Notes: generated by a model not told the origin, from the sequence alone. Numbered from the stretch's first letter, positions 52,946-63,963 are shown. The stretch: 64,000 nucleotides of DNA from Saprospiraceae bacterium (GCA_022841505.1 JALHRK010000001.1:357-64356), one strand, 5' to 3'. Translations and numbers: made by a program.

Positions 52946-55900
52946 TTATTTTACAATCAATAAGCGGAGATTCACCACTTCAGCATTATCGGGTACGATG
53001 CTGACAATATATACACCCGATGCCATGTCAGAAGTTGAAATTCGCTGTAATTGTCCAGTATTAGGCAATCCAACTACTTTTACAATCTTACCGTAGGCGT
53101 CATACAATAGTAATTGAGTGGTTTGGCTGAAGCCGTGAGAAATCATCACATAGTCTCCTGCTGGGTTGGGAAAGAGCCTTACTGTTGCCTCCTTTCCTTC
53201 ATGCTGCGGCTTTAATGATTCCTGCAGGAGAGCTATGCTACCCTGTGGTACTACAAATGCAGATATAGAATCAGCGCATGATTCGGTTTCTACGTAGGTC
53301 GAATCAGCAAAGTACGCACGCATAGCCCGGGCAACAAACACAGCGCGCCCGCCTTCTTCCGGACACTGTATGGCAATGGCTGTCAATGTGTCTTTTTCGG
53401 GTTGGGTAAAACTCAGATTTCCCTTGGCCAGCACGTCGAGGTACAATTTATTGACGGTTCGCTGGTTTTTTTCCGGGCGGGTAATGGCGCTGATCTCCTC
53501 GTTTTCTTCAATCAGTTCTTCTATTTCCAGCAGCCGCAGGCTGTCTGTAAAGTGAGACAATTGCTGCACCGTGTCTACTAACTGGTTAGCCTGCTGAAAC
53601 CATTCTTCCCTTTCCGAAGGCATGATAGTGATGGAATCGGTCACAATCAGGCTGTCTAACTCACGGATGAGTTGGATGAGGCTGTCTAACTCCCCTACAA
53701 ATGAGGCGATCGCTTCAGTTTCAGTAGTAGGATCAAATAAAGCTGTTTTTGTCTGTTCGATTCCTATCAATTGACCCAGCGTGTTCAATTCCTCTTCGTC
53801 AAAAAAATTGCTCAGTATAGTATCTTCAGTCATCAAAGCAGGGTTCTCCAGTAGCTTTTGGTAGAGTCCCCATTTTGCATCCCAAACAGTACCCGCAGGA
53901 AAATGATTAATGCTGTCTTTAGCAATCCGGTGGGCTAAATTCAATTGTTCTTCTTCCTCAGTAAGCTGTGGTTGTTCGGTACAGATAATTGAAATAGAAT
54001 CATATGGTTGAAACCATTCTGCCGTATCTATAAGCGGAGCATTCGGCAATGCAATACTCGGTGGATAAGTATTGACAGTTTCTCCCACGTCGTAGGGTTC
54101 AAAAACACGATAGGCATTTGACTGAATAGCCCCAATATCATTCCCTTCATGCACGGCCGCTGCTTGCCCATTTGTTTGCCCATAATCCTCAGCCGTACCC
54201 TCCCAGCGGTTGCCGCGTCCATTTTGAATGGGCGCGAGGATGCCATTGGTATACCGTAGACCTGTAACCATCGGGATGCGGAAAAGCGTGGTCACCACAT
54301 CAGCGCCGGAGTTGTTGCCTGCCATGCTCAGACCCCATTCGAAGCCTTGTACTGTATTGCACTCCAATCGGATGTCACCCGATGCATTGACATTGATACC
54401 GTAGCCCGACCCGTTACCCGCTACCGTGTTTCCACGAACCCAGTTGTTATTTCCCATAACTACGTTGATACCAGCTAACAGCCCTTCCAACTTCAGCCTG
54501 TTGTTTGTCACTTCCCAGGAAGTAGCACTGCTGATACGAATGCCTTGGTCGAACGGCCCGTTCAGGGAGATGCCATTGTTATCAATTACAGCGCTCGAGG
54601 CGGGATGTGGCAAGGCATTCTCCTCTACCCGGATACCGGCGCCCGTAGGGGCGCTGGTTTCGTCCAGGCTGATATTGTTGTCGCGCACGGAAATTGATGT
54701 CGCAGGCGCATTCTGGAACAAATACACCCCCGCCTGTTTGGCGTTGATCAGGTTGTTTTCAACTATCAGCACCCGCTCTGTACATAACTCCAGACGAACC
54801 CCGGTGTCCACCTCTTCCATTTTGTTTTGGGTGATGTCGGCATGGGTTCCTCTGGCCCAAATAGCATTCGTACAGTTAGCGAAAGAAACCAGATCAGTGG
54901 AGTCATTGCCTAAACCAATTTGCTTCAGGAGATGCGCTGCTCCGCCTTCATGCCGGATGCCAAAACCGGTGAAGGCGTAGTTTGGCTCATCGGTCACCCC
55001 GACGACGTTTTCAAAGATGCTACGCTCCACCGAGAGCGGCGTGTTTTCAGTCAAGATACCATTGTGAATGTCGCGGAAGGTATTTATGCCACCCGGCTCA
55101 ATTGCTGCTGTTCCAATATGGATCGGGGAGTTACAATTCCGAATGAAGATTCCAGTGAAAGGCCGGTCGCCCACCGACGGTGTTTGTCCGGAATAAGGAG
55201 TTAATAAATTCTCCTCGCCATCAAAGGTATTGCCTGAGAAAGGCAGAAGGTTGAAAGCGCCCGGTGTTTCTCTATTAAAGAAAATGCCGATGTAGTTTCG
55301 GGTGAACGTTGTTCCCTGAATATCTATGGTGGATTTGTCCAACGCATGCACGGCATATTGCGCATCGGATATTATTGAGCCTTTAGAGCGGAGTAACCCT
55401 CCTCCTGAACCGAATACCCGGATACCACGCCACATTTCTTCGCAGCCGTGGAGGCCGCCATTCTGGGTCACACTACTAAGTGCCAATGTCGCAGTGGGTT
55501 GTACGACCATCTCGGCGCCGGATTGCATGCGGCCTTCTATATACAAAAAGGTATAATCTACATCTACAATCAGCCGGCCATTTAATGCCAGACAGGTGTT
55601 TGCCAGAAAACCGGCAGGCAGAGTACCGGTATTGATCAAGTTGCTCAGCAGTACTTCACCATCGTCCAGCATGGACGCGTCTATATTATATGGAGAATCA
55701 CAAGGGCAATCGAATCCCGTTGTATCGCATTCAACGAGGGTGATCATCAGCGTATCGGCACTGATCCTGTCGCAGATGGTATCTGTAAATTCATGGATTA
55801 CAGTATAGACCCCCGCTTCTTCATAAGTATGCTGAGGCGACACCCCGTTACTGTCGTTTCCATCGCCGAATGTCCAGGAATGGATACCTCCAACAGTATA

Positions 55901-58900
55901 CGCAGGCTCGAAGTAGGTATTGAGGCAAAAGATCGTGGGCGTGAATGCAGCATCACGAATCTTAACTTCGATGCTGTCCGAATAAATTCGAACCTGTCCG
56001 CAAAGATTTGTCAAGGTCAGCGTAAAAGGGAAGGTACCGGAATCAGGAAATGTATAATCAAATTCTTCCTCATCGGACGTTGTGCCATTGACATTCCAAA
56101 GAATAGAATTAACGCCCTCAGAAGTGCTGTTTATCCGGAATCGGTAAACCCCACAGGAATCAATAAGCGCGCCTGCATCAAAATCTACTGTGGGGAAGGG
56201 AAATTCGCAGCAATCAGTTACGGTAATAGTGTCTCTAAAAACACCTGGCAAACATAAATTGGTAACCGTATGCGTAACGATCACCATCCCATCCGAAAGA
56301 AGAATGCCAGAGGGATTCATGGCGTCGCTGGTGGGACCGGGAACACCGAAAACCCAATTGTGTTCTAAGTCTTCAGCCGTATTGTTGCTGGTGAAGTACC
56401 ACAGGCAATCCTCTTCATAATAGGTAAAGGATGCATCGGGTTCAGGTGGATAAACCGTAACGACAACATCATCTTCGCCTAAGCACAATTCAAAACTTTC
56501 ATGGACAGTTCCATAATTTTCTACAGTGCGAACTAATCTGTAAGTAGTTGTTTTTAAGGGAGAAACGCTCAATAGATGCGTTTCCGGATCAATAGCTCCG
56601 TTGATGTTGCTGATCTCGTTGTTCAACACTTCGCAGGACGCAATGGCTGGCAAGATTGGATCGTCGCTTTCATCGAGTTCAAACCATTCATACCGAATCG
56701 TAATTCCGGAAATCATGCAAAATTTATTGCCCAAAAGAACGGTGTCGGGGCATTCTATAATGGTCGTGTCTTCGCCTGCGGTGAAGTCATCCCTCATTAA
56801 TTCGACATAATCCAAAGTTAGTGTTGCATCGGCATTCCCAAACTCAGTATCGTGGGTTAGATAGAGTCGCAGCGCATCTTCATCAGAAGGATTTATCTCT
56901 ATGCAACTTGCCAGAATTTTATCAGTTATATCAACATCGGTAGAAAAATCAAGTAATGTAGTGCTTGTGCCACTATAGGGAGGTAAAATACTTTGATCGC
57001 CAGGTATTTCCAATTCATTTGCTTCTACAAGGTCAGCATGAAAGCTCAGTGTTCCTGTGTTAGTGAACGAATTTTCGAGATAAACTCCAAATAGGTAGCG
57101 ACCTTCTATTAACTCCCCTGCCAATAAAGTCCACACACCTTCAGAAAAATCATCCAGATCATTAGCGCCTAAACGTATCGTGGAACTGTTTTCTGAAATC
57201 AAGAGATCAGGTGTTCCATGCGATCTATACCATCCGGGAAGTAGGGCAAAAGGATTACTAAGAATCATAAAAGGAGGATCAATAACTCCTAAAGTAGTAA
57301 AAGCAGGTTGTTGAAAATTTCCATACACCATTCCATTGCAAAATCCAGGATTACAGAGCAGGTTGTTACAGAAAGAACTTTTATCACAGAATGGATCTTC
57401 AAAACTCTGACAAGCAGGAAATATAGGCTCATTTTCACAATCATATACGACTTCACAGTCTGTTGTAGGAATGCAATCGTCAGAGACCTTCACACGTACA
57501 TACACAAGCGTAAAATTACCTTTTCTTCCATCGCAACCTGTGGGCGTATATCCGAGTAGGGTTAACCCTGGCCTGTTGGGCTTAAAAAGATAACTAGAAG
57601 ACATTGGCTGCCAGGTTAATTCTCCATATAAAGGTGTTAAAAGGAACAATTCTGATATGCCTGTTACGTCCGGATGATCGTTAGCGACCAGATCGTCTAC
57701 ATAAATTGTGAGACTATCACACATATCTACCTCATAGCGTGTTTCACAGTCAGGGCCAAAATCTTCAACCCCTGCCACAGTGCAGCCGCATTCAGTTCCC
57801 ATGTGATACCCCAAAGTACACATGATGTCTAATTCATCCGTTGTAATTTGGCGTCTCGTTTCAGGAGGCAAAAAACCGCTCATTAAGTAATCTGGGGTCA
57901 TTGTGGCATCACAATTGGCATTAAGGTGAGAATGAGATTGTTGCATTAATTGATCAGAACCATTATTGGAAAGAACAGGGTACTTGTCGTTTGTACCTTC
58001 AAAATATAGATCCGGTCCAATAATACTCTGTATATCCTGACAACTTTTATAAAAATCACTACCTGGATCAATCATCATATTACGAATCCAGAATGGCCAT
58101 TCGCCAGGGGTTTCCTCAATAATAGGAATTAGTGTTCCTGGTGCAGCAGAGTATATAAATCTTAGATATTGATCATATAATGTGTACGCTCCAACGTTAC
58201 CTAATATGCTGGATCGAAAATCGAGCATGTGAAGGGCCTCATGCCAAACAACTGTATAAAGATCAGTAAGGCCGGAACTTGAAGATGGCCCGCTTCCTGT
58301 GCCATACCAATACGATGCATTCACATCATCTTCAAAATTTATGCGAATCGTGCCATGATAATTATCAGGCGAAGGAAAAGTTGCCGGAACGTCCGCTGCA
58401 TTGATAATAAGCCAAGGGAAGCCGACACTTAAGCCAATAGAAGGGCGACCATATGGAGTGGCTACCCCTAACACATCTGAATCCAAAGTTGTTGTTAGTC
58501 CAAGTTCGGGCACAACCTGGGAGGGCAAGATTCGCACATTTACTTCCCGTACCAGCTCATCACAAGCGCCCGTAGTTTGCAAAACGATTGTATCTGCTAT
58601 CTCTGAAAACACCTGGCATACTACGCGTCTTCTGTCAGCTCCAAGCACCGGGTCATTGAATCCGGATTCTGTGTAAATACAATCTTCAAAATAAATATTA
58701 AAATACCCGGTAGAAATGTCAAATTCGGAACATCCACAACCGGGGACACTATCTAATCTTGATTCTCCTCCTCCCATCACTACTTCCGGCAATTTGATGT
58801 ATTCAATTGGATAGGCGTTACCAAAGCGATCCACTATATCCAATGTCAAAGCGCTGTCAAAAGTAATGGAATCTAAAACACCGCAAAAAGGAACAGGTGG

Positions 58901-59965
58901 ATCATCTCCATCCACCTCTATGACTAAATTTTCCGGGTTTCCAGCTTCTGCTCCGTTCCCACCGCTAATATTTTGTAAACTGAACGTATAATTATGATCT
59001 CCCCATGCGCCATTTATGGAAAGCGAGAAGCATTTTTGACTTGACGTATCATCAAAAACCAAAGTTTCTGTAGTATAACCAGTAAGGTGGGGTGATGCGC
59101 TACCCTGCAACTCCACATCTACCTCTGTAGGCGAACAGTCGCAAGGGTTAGCGATGTTGACACAGATCATTACCGTATCCCCCGCATTCGCACTAATCGT
59201 ATCCTGGTCAAACGCAACTGTCGTCGTATCGCCCGCGGGCGCTGTGAAACTGGAAAACTGGAGGTCTTTGAAAACTCCGGTATGCGTCGTGTTGACGTTG
59301 ACGCTTTGCACCAGCAGACTTGCCTGCACGCAGGTCGGCAAACTGACGGTATAGGAAGCCGCAAAGTTCCAGGTACTGCCGTTCGTGGAAGTATAGGTAC
59401 TGACACTGCTGCCGCTGCGCACCAATTTCAACCATTGGTGTCCCAAAGCGGTGGTATTGTTTGAAGATTGGGAGCCGTCCGTTGAAGTTCGGACGAAGCG
59501 CTGCACGGAAGTGCCCAGCGCGGTTCTCAGGCCAACTTTTATGGCGCCCGGAGCATTGTCCGCCCGCAATTCCAGTCCGGCTAAACCGCCGCTTACGCTC
59601 AACACTTTAACAATGACTTCCCCGTCGCCGCACACCTCCCGCTGCACGCTGTACTGTTTGTCGGCAGTGGCAGAAGGAACATTGTTGGCTGAAATGGAAA
59701 TGGTGTCGCTGTCGCAGGCATCGTAGGTAGCTGACCCGGTCACGGAGCCGATGTTTGCGTCCTGCAAACTACCGCAGGCGCTACTCATGGCCCACGGGGG
59801 GGGGGGTAAAATTACCACTCCCTTTTCAGGTTGTACAATGGCTGTTGCATCCGGCGCGGCCGGGAACAAAGCGTACTGGCCGCCATTCGTTGCGAACAGA
59901 AAAAACGTGGCAACCAGCAGCAAAGCCGGGAGCGTAAATTTGAGAGCGGAAAGAACATTTTTCAT
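52946..59965 (-). CDS. giant (2339 aa) T9SS-secreted multidomain surface protein with a HExxH motif, PKD domains, a parallel beta-helix region and a C-terminal sorting domain
   Basis: Signal peptide from the ATG at 59965. An N-terminal LamG/DUF1349-like beta-sandwich, HEALH at 58229-58243, Cys-rich modules, PKD signatures (HSWTFGDGNDSNG...HTYEEAGVYTV), PbH1-like repeats (NNLINAKQAGVYLFQN..., NNRLKLEG...), a helical region and a T9SS CTD (VRLFPNPAGDYVMISH...GVYIVSIV). Confidence 0.85.
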   Translation of the reverse strand: MKNVLSALKFTLPALLLVATFFLFATNGGQYALFPAAPDATAIVQPEKGVVILPPPPWAMSSACGSLQDANIGSVTGSATYDACDSDTISISANNVPSATADKQYSVQREVCGDGEVIVKVLSVSGGLAGLELRADNAPGAIKVGLRTALGTSVQRFVRTSTDGSQSSNNTTALGHQWLKLVRSGSSVSTYTSTNGSTWNFAASYTVSLPTCVQASLLVQSVNVNTTHTGVFKDLQFSSFTAPAGDTTTVAFDQDTISANAGDTVMICVNIANPCDCSPTEVDVELQGSASPHLTGYTTETLVFDDTSSQKCFSLSINGAWGDHNYTFSLQNISGGNGAEAGNPENLVIEVDGDDPPVPFCGVLDSITFDSALTLDIVDRFGNAYPIEYIKLPEVVMGGGESRLDSVPGCGCSEFDISTGYFNIYFEDCIYTESGFNDPVLGADRRRVVCQVFSEIADTIVLQTTGACDELVREVNVRILPSQVVPELGLTTTLDSDVLGVATPYGRPSIGLSVGFPWLIINAADVPATFPSPDNYHGTIRINFEDDVNASYWYGTGSGPSSSSGLTDLYTVVWHEALHMLDFRSSILGNVGAYTLYDQYLRFIYSAAPGTLIPIIEETPGEWPFWIRNMMIDPGSDFYKSCQDIQSIIGPDLYFEGTNDKYPVLSNNGSDQLMQQSHSHLNANCDATMTPDYLMSGFLPPETRRQITTDELDIMCTLGYHMGTECGCTVAGVEDFGPDCETRYEVDMCDSLTIYVDDLVANDHPDVTGISELFLLTPLYGELTWQPMSSSYLFKPNRPGLTLLGYTPTGCDGRKGNFTLVYVRVKVSDDCIPTTDCEVVYDCENEPIFPACQSFEDPFCDKSSFCNNLLCNPGFCNGMVYGNFQQPAFTTLGVIDPPFMILSNPFALLPGWYRSHGTPDLLISENSSTIRLGANDLDDFSEGVWTLLAGELIEGRYLFGVYLENSFTNTGTLSFHADLVEANELEIPGDQSILPPYSGTSTTLLDFSTDVDITDKILASCIEINPSDEDALRLYLTHDTEFGNADATLTLDYVELMRDDFTAGEDTTIIECPDTVLLGNKFCMISGITIRYEWFELDESDDPILPAIASCEVLNNEISNINGAIDPETHLLSVSPLKTTTYRLVRTVENYGTVHESFELCLGEDDVVVTVYPPEPDASFTYYEEDCLWYFTSNNTAEDLEHNWVFGVPGPTSDAMNPSGILLSDGMVIVTHTVTNLCLPGVFRDTITVTDCCEFPFPTVDFDAGALIDSCGVYRFRINSTSEGVNSILWNVNGTTSDEEEFDYTFPDSGTFPFTLTLTNLCGQVRIYSDSIEVKIRDAAFTPTIFCLNTYFEPAYTVGGIHSWTFGDGNDSNGVSPQHTYEEAGVYTVIHEFTDTICDRISADTLMITLVECDTTGFDCPCDSPYNIDASMLDDGEVLLSNLINTGTLPAGFLANTCLALNGRLIVDVDYTFLYIEGRMQSGAEMVVQPTATLALSSVTQNGGLHGCEEMWRGIRVFGSGGGLLRSKGSIISDAQYAVHALDKSTIDIQGTTFTRNYIGIFFNRETPGAFNLLPFSGNTFDGEENLLTPYSGQTPSVGDRPFTGIFIRNCNSPIHIGTAAIEPGGINTFRDIHNGILTENTPLSVERSIFENVVGVTDEPNYAFTGFGIRHEGGAAHLLKQIGLGNDSTDLVSFANCTNAIWARGTHADITQNKMEEVDTGVRLELCTERVLIVENNLINAKQAGVYLFQNAPATSISVRDNNISLDETSAPTGAGIRVEENALPHPASSAVIDNNGISLNGPFDQGIRISSATSWEVTNNRLKLEGLLAGINVVMGNNNWVRGNTVAGNGSGYGINVNASGDIRLECNTVQGFEWGLSMAGNNSGADVVTTLFRIPMVTGLRYTNGILAPIQNGRGNRWEGTAEDYGQTNGQAAAVHEGNDIGAIQSNAYRVFEPYDVGETVNTYPPSIALPNAPLIDTAEWFQPYDSISIICTEQPQLTEEEEQLNLAHRIAKDSINHFPAGTVWDAKWGLYQKLLENPALMTEDTILSNFFDEEELNTLGQLIGIEQTKTALFDPTTETEAIASFVGELDSLIQLIRELDSLIVTDSITIMPSEREEWFQQANQLVDTVQQLSHFTDSLRLLEIEELIEENEEISAITRPEKNQRTVNKLYLDVLAKGNLSFTQPEKDTLTAIAIQCPEEGGRAVFVARAMRAYFADSTYVETESCADSISAFVVPQGSIALLQESLKPQHEGKEATVRLFPNPAGDYVMISHGFSQTTQLLLYDAYGKIVKVVGLPNTGQLQRISTSDMASGVYIVSIVPDNAEVVNLRLLIVK
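59796..59806 (-). repeat. 11-nt homopolymeric C tract (coding strand) inside the 5' end of the giant gene
   Basis: Eleven consecutive G on the plus strand. On the coding strand this reads TTA CCC CCC CCC CCG TGG, encoding LPPPPW, about 53 codons after the start. Confidence 0.9.
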
Positions 59966-60375
59966 AATCGGTATTTGGTTTAAAATGAAAAAAACAAACA
60001 CTTCAGGCATTCCATGGGGATTGCCTGGCGGGGTAGTAAAACAGCATGAACGGCATACCAAACATAAGGATGGCTGCGTGAATTGTGTTTGCTCTGTGTT
60101 GTGCCGTAAATTTTTGCGGCTTTATTGAATGATGGCGGCGCAGGTAGGGTAGTTTCCCAAAATGAGGGATGCAAGGGAAGCGCCGTCATAGACGTTGTGG
60201 ACAAATATAGCTGGTCTATCCTGAAAAAAGAAGGTGACTTGTGTTAAGTTTTTGTACATGATGGGACAAATGATCGCTTTTCAATATGCCCCATTCCTGT
60301 TTTTACTAAAAACACCAGCCATTATCTCGTAAATTCAGGCTAAGTTTGCCCACGATACGAATTCGCTGACATAGC

Positions 60376-61125
60376 ATGAACAACGCCGCCTACACCATAA
60401 AAATACCTCAATTCGAGGGGCCTTTCGACCTGCTGCTTTTTTTCATTGAGCGGGATGAATTGGATATTCACGACATTCCGATTTCCAAAATTACCGGCGA
60501 TTTTCTCAATTACATCCACCAGATGGAGCGCATGAACATTGATTTGGCCAGCGAATTCATCCTCGTGGCGGCTACGCTTTGCCGCATTAAAGCTAAAATG
60601 CTGCTTCCGCGAAAACCAGTGGACGAAGAAGGGAATGAGATTGACCCGCGCCAGGAATTGGTGGATCGCCTGCTGGAATACAAACGCTACAAAAGCATCC
60701 TGGAGGAAATGCGCGTGCTGGAAGAACAACGCGCCCAACAAAATTTGCGCGGCAACGCGACCGAAGAATTGCGCCGAATTGCCACAAAAGCCTTAGTGGA
60801 TTCGGAACTGGAGGCGCTGACCCTGTTCAAACTCCTGCGCACCTTCGAGCGTGTCATGCGCCGTTTCGACGAAAGCAACCCGACCACCATCCACCGCATT
60901 GCCCAGTTCAACTACACCATCGAAGACCAGCAAAACTTTATCCTTTCCAAAATTCACGCCGGTTCTAAAGCGGGGTTTAAACAACTTTTCGGGGAGTGCC
61001 GCGACCGGATTCATGCCATCATTACCTTTTTGGCGCTGCTCGATTTGCTTAATATGGAATTGGTGGCCATCACCCAGGGAGAAGGCGTTAATAATTTTTG
61101 GTTGGAAACGCCGGAGGCAGGTTAA
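60376..61125 (+). CDS. scpA: segregation and condensation protein A
   Basis: 249 aa with the typical ScpA N-terminus F.GPFDLLL.LI.....DI.DI.I..IT..FL. Confidence 0.88.
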   Translation: MNNAAYTIKIPQFEGPFDLLLFFIERDELDIHDIPISKITGDFLNYIHQMERMNIDLASEFILVAATLCRIKAKMLLPRKPVDEEGNEIDPRQELVDRLLEYKRYKSILEEMRVLEEQRAQQNLRGNATEELRRIATKALVDSELEALTLFKLLRTFERVMRRFDESNPTTIHRIAQFNYTIEDQQNFILSKIHAGSKAGFKQLFGECRDRIHAIITFLALLDLLNMELVAITQGEGVNNFWLETPEAG

Positions 61126-61128
61126 TCC

Positions 61129-63963
61129 CTACCGCGTCAAATACATGTAGCGATTCCGATCCAGCTCCCGAAAAAACGGATCCGATAAATCGCGGATAAA
61201 ATGGATGGCTTCTCCGGTGGATTTCATCTCCGGGCCGAGGTTTTTGTCCACATCCGGAAATTTATCAAAAGAAAAGACGGGAACCTTGATCGCATAGCCG
61301 CTGGGCTGTGGCCGGATATCGAAATCGCTGAGCTTGTGCGTACCCAACATAATTTTGGTGGCAATTTGCAGGTACGGCACCTTGTAGGCTTTGGCGATAA
61401 ACGGGGTTGTACGCGACGCACGTGGATTGGCTTCAATCACATAAACGTGCTCCTCTTCGCTTTGTTTGTCCTTTTTTATGGCAAATTGCACGTTGATCAG
61501 CCCCCGGATATTGAGGGCAAATGCCAATTTTCTGGTATATTCCACCATCGTACTGATGGCTTCAACGGAAAGGCTATAGGTAGGCAGCACCGCCGAACTG
61601 TCGCCGGAGTGGATGCCCGCCGGTTCGATGTGCTCCATAATGCCCATGATGTGTACGTCTTCGCCGTCGCATATCGCGTCAATTTCCGCTTCTTTGGCGC
61701 GCTCTAAGAAATGGTCAATGAGCACCCGGTTGTCGGGCATGCTTTTGAACAAATGCAAGACGTGGCGCTCCAATTCGTCGTCGTTGATGACAATGCGCAT
61801 GTTTTGGCCACCCAATACATAAGAAGGCCGCACCAATACCGGATAGCCAACTTGGTGGGCGACTTTAATTGCCTCGTCGGTGTCCAAAGCCACCCCGTAA
61901 TTTGGATAAGGAATCTCCAGCGCTTTCAGCAAATCCGAAAACGCACCCCGGTCTTCCGCCATGTCCATCGAGGCGAAATCGGTTCCCAAAATCCGGTAGC
62001 CTTTTTCGTGGAGGGTTTGCGCAAGTTTAAGTGCCGTTTGTCCGCCCAATTGTACGATGATGCCTTCCGGTTTTTCCAATTCGAGAATTTCTTCGAGGTG
62101 TTCCCAAAAGACCGGTTCGAAGTACAATTTATCGGCAATATCGAAATCCGTGGAAACCGTTTCCGGGTTGCAATTGATCATGATGGCTTCGTAGCCGGCT
62201 TCTTTGATCGCAAGCAGGCCATGCACGCAGCAATAATCAAATTCGATGCCCTGGCCGATGCGGTTTGGGCCGGAGCCAAGCACCACTACTTTTTTATTGT
62301 TGGATGGAATGCTTTCGTTTTCTGTATCGAAGGTGGAATAGAAATATGGCGTTTTCGCTTCAAATTCAGCGGCGCAGGTATCCACCATTTTGTAGGTGCG
62401 GCGGATGTTCAGTTTACGGCGTTGCCGGGTCACTTCTTCCTCCTTGATGCGCAATACCCAGGCGATTTGCGCGTCTGAATAGCCGACCTGCTTCAGTTCG
62501 AGGAAAAAATCTGCAGGAATGTCTTCGGCCACATTGAACCGGAGCAACCGCTCTTCCATCTTGACCAACCGCTTGATCTGGCGAATGAACCAGGGGTCAA
62601 TATGGGTCAATTTCTGTACTGTCTTTTCCGGCACGCCGAGTCGCAGGGCATCCTTGAGGCGAAAAATCCGGTCGTCGCTCACCTGCTCTAAGCGTTCCAG
62701 AATATCAGAGGTTCTGATCCATTCTTTTTTATCGGCGCCAAGCCCAGTGCGGTTGTTTTCGAGCGACTGGCAGGCTTTTTGAAGCGCTTCCAGAAAGTTT
62801 CGGCCGATGGCCATCACTTCGCCGACCGACTTCATTTGCAGGCCAAGGCGGTGATCGGCGCCAACGAATTTTTCAAAATTCCAGCGCGGCATTTTTACAA
62901 TCACATAATCCAAAGTCGGCTCGAAATACGCAGACGTCGTTTTGGTGATCTGGTTGCTGAGTTCGTCCAGATTGTAGCCAATGGCCAATTTGGCTGCGAT
63001 TTTTGCGATCGGGTAGCCGGTTGCTTTACTGGCCAAAGCCGAAGAACGCGAGACCCTTGGGTTGATTTCCACCACAATCAAATCTTCCGTTTCCGGGTGC
63101 ATGGCAAACTGAATATTGCAGCCGCCTGCAAAATTGCCCAGGGAGCGCATGGCCAGAATGGCTTCGTCGCGCATGCGCTGGTAGGCGGTATCCGAAAGGG
63201 TCATGGCCGGCGCTACCGTGATGCTGTCGCCGGTGTGGATGCCCATGGGGTCGAGGTTTTCGACCGTGCAAATGATGACCACACTGTCGCTTGCGTCGCG
63301 CAGCAATTCCAGCTCAAACTCTTTCCAGCCCAGCACCGCTCTTTCCACCAGCACCTCGTGCGTTGGCGACATGCTGAGGCCCCGCCGCAACAGCGCGTCA
63401 AATTCATCTTCTTTGTGAACAAAAGCAGCACCGGATCCTCCCAGGGTGTAAGATGGTCGGATCACCAGCGGAAAGCCAATTTCCTGTGCTGCTTCTTTCC
63501 CTTCCAGAAAAGAGTTGGCGATACGGGAAGGCGCTACGGAAAGCCCGATTTTCAGCATGTGGCTGCGGAAAGCCTCGCGGTTTTCCGTCAATTCAATCGC
63601 ATCTAAATCAACCCCGATGAGTCGGATTCCATATTTCTCCCAAACCCCGCGCTGCCCCGCCTCAATGGTCAGGTTGAGCGCCGTTTGTCCGCCCATGGTC
63701 GGCAAAACGGCATCAATTTGCCGGTCTTCCAGGATCTGGATGATGCTGTCCACCGTAAGCGGCAATAAATAGACATGATCGGCCGTAACCGGATCGGTCA
63801 TGATCGTCGCCGGATTGGAGTTGATGAGCGAAACTTCGATGCCTTCTTCCCGCAAAGAGCGGGCGGCCTGGCTGCCGGAATAATCAAATTCACAGGCTTG
63901 CCCAATGATAATAGGGCCACTGCCGATAATCAGTACGGAACGAATGGAAGTATCTTTGGGCAT
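61129..63963 (-). CDS. carB: carbamoyl-phosphate synthase large subunit
   Basis: 944 aa from the ATG at 63963, with duplicated ATP-grasp halves (IGQACEFDYSGSQA / IGQGIEFDYCCVH) and a C-terminal MGS-like region. Confidence 0.95.
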   Translation of the reverse strand: MPKDTSIRSVLIIGSGPIIIGQACEFDYSGSQAARSLREEGIEVSLINSNPATIMTDPVTADHVYLLPLTVDSIIQILEDRQIDAVLPTMGGQTALNLTIEAGQRGVWEKYGIRLIGVDLDAIELTENREAFRSHMLKIGLSVAPSRIANSFLEGKEAAQEIGFPLVIRPSYTLGGSGAAFVHKEDEFDALLRRGLSMSPTHEVLVERAVLGWKEFELELLRDASDSVVIICTVENLDPMGIHTGDSITVAPAMTLSDTAYQRMRDEAILAMRSLGNFAGGCNIQFAMHPETEDLIVVEINPRVSRSSALASKATGYPIAKIAAKLAIGYNLDELSNQITKTTSAYFEPTLDYVIVKMPRWNFEKFVGADHRLGLQMKSVGEVMAIGRNFLEALQKACQSLENNRTGLGADKKEWIRTSDILERLEQVSDDRIFRLKDALRLGVPEKTVQKLTHIDPWFIRQIKRLVKMEERLLRFNVAEDIPADFFLELKQVGYSDAQIAWVLRIKEEEVTRQRRKLNIRRTYKMVDTCAAEFEAKTPYFYSTFDTENESIPSNNKKVVVLGSGPNRIGQGIEFDYCCVHGLLAIKEAGYEAIMINCNPETVSTDFDIADKLYFEPVFWEHLEEILELEKPEGIIVQLGGQTALKLAQTLHEKGYRILGTDFASMDMAEDRGAFSDLLKALEIPYPNYGVALDTDEAIKVAHQVGYPVLVRPSYVLGGQNMRIVINDDELERHVLHLFKSMPDNRVLIDHFLERAKEAEIDAICDGEDVHIMGIMEHIEPAGIHSGDSSAVLPTYSLSVEAISTMVEYTRKLAFALNIRGLINVQFAIKKDKQSEEEHVYVIEANPRASRTTPFIAKAYKVPYLQIATKIMLGTHKLSDFDIRPQPSGYAIKVPVFSFDKFPDVDKNLGPEMKSTGEAIHFIRDLSDPFFRELDRNRYMYLTR

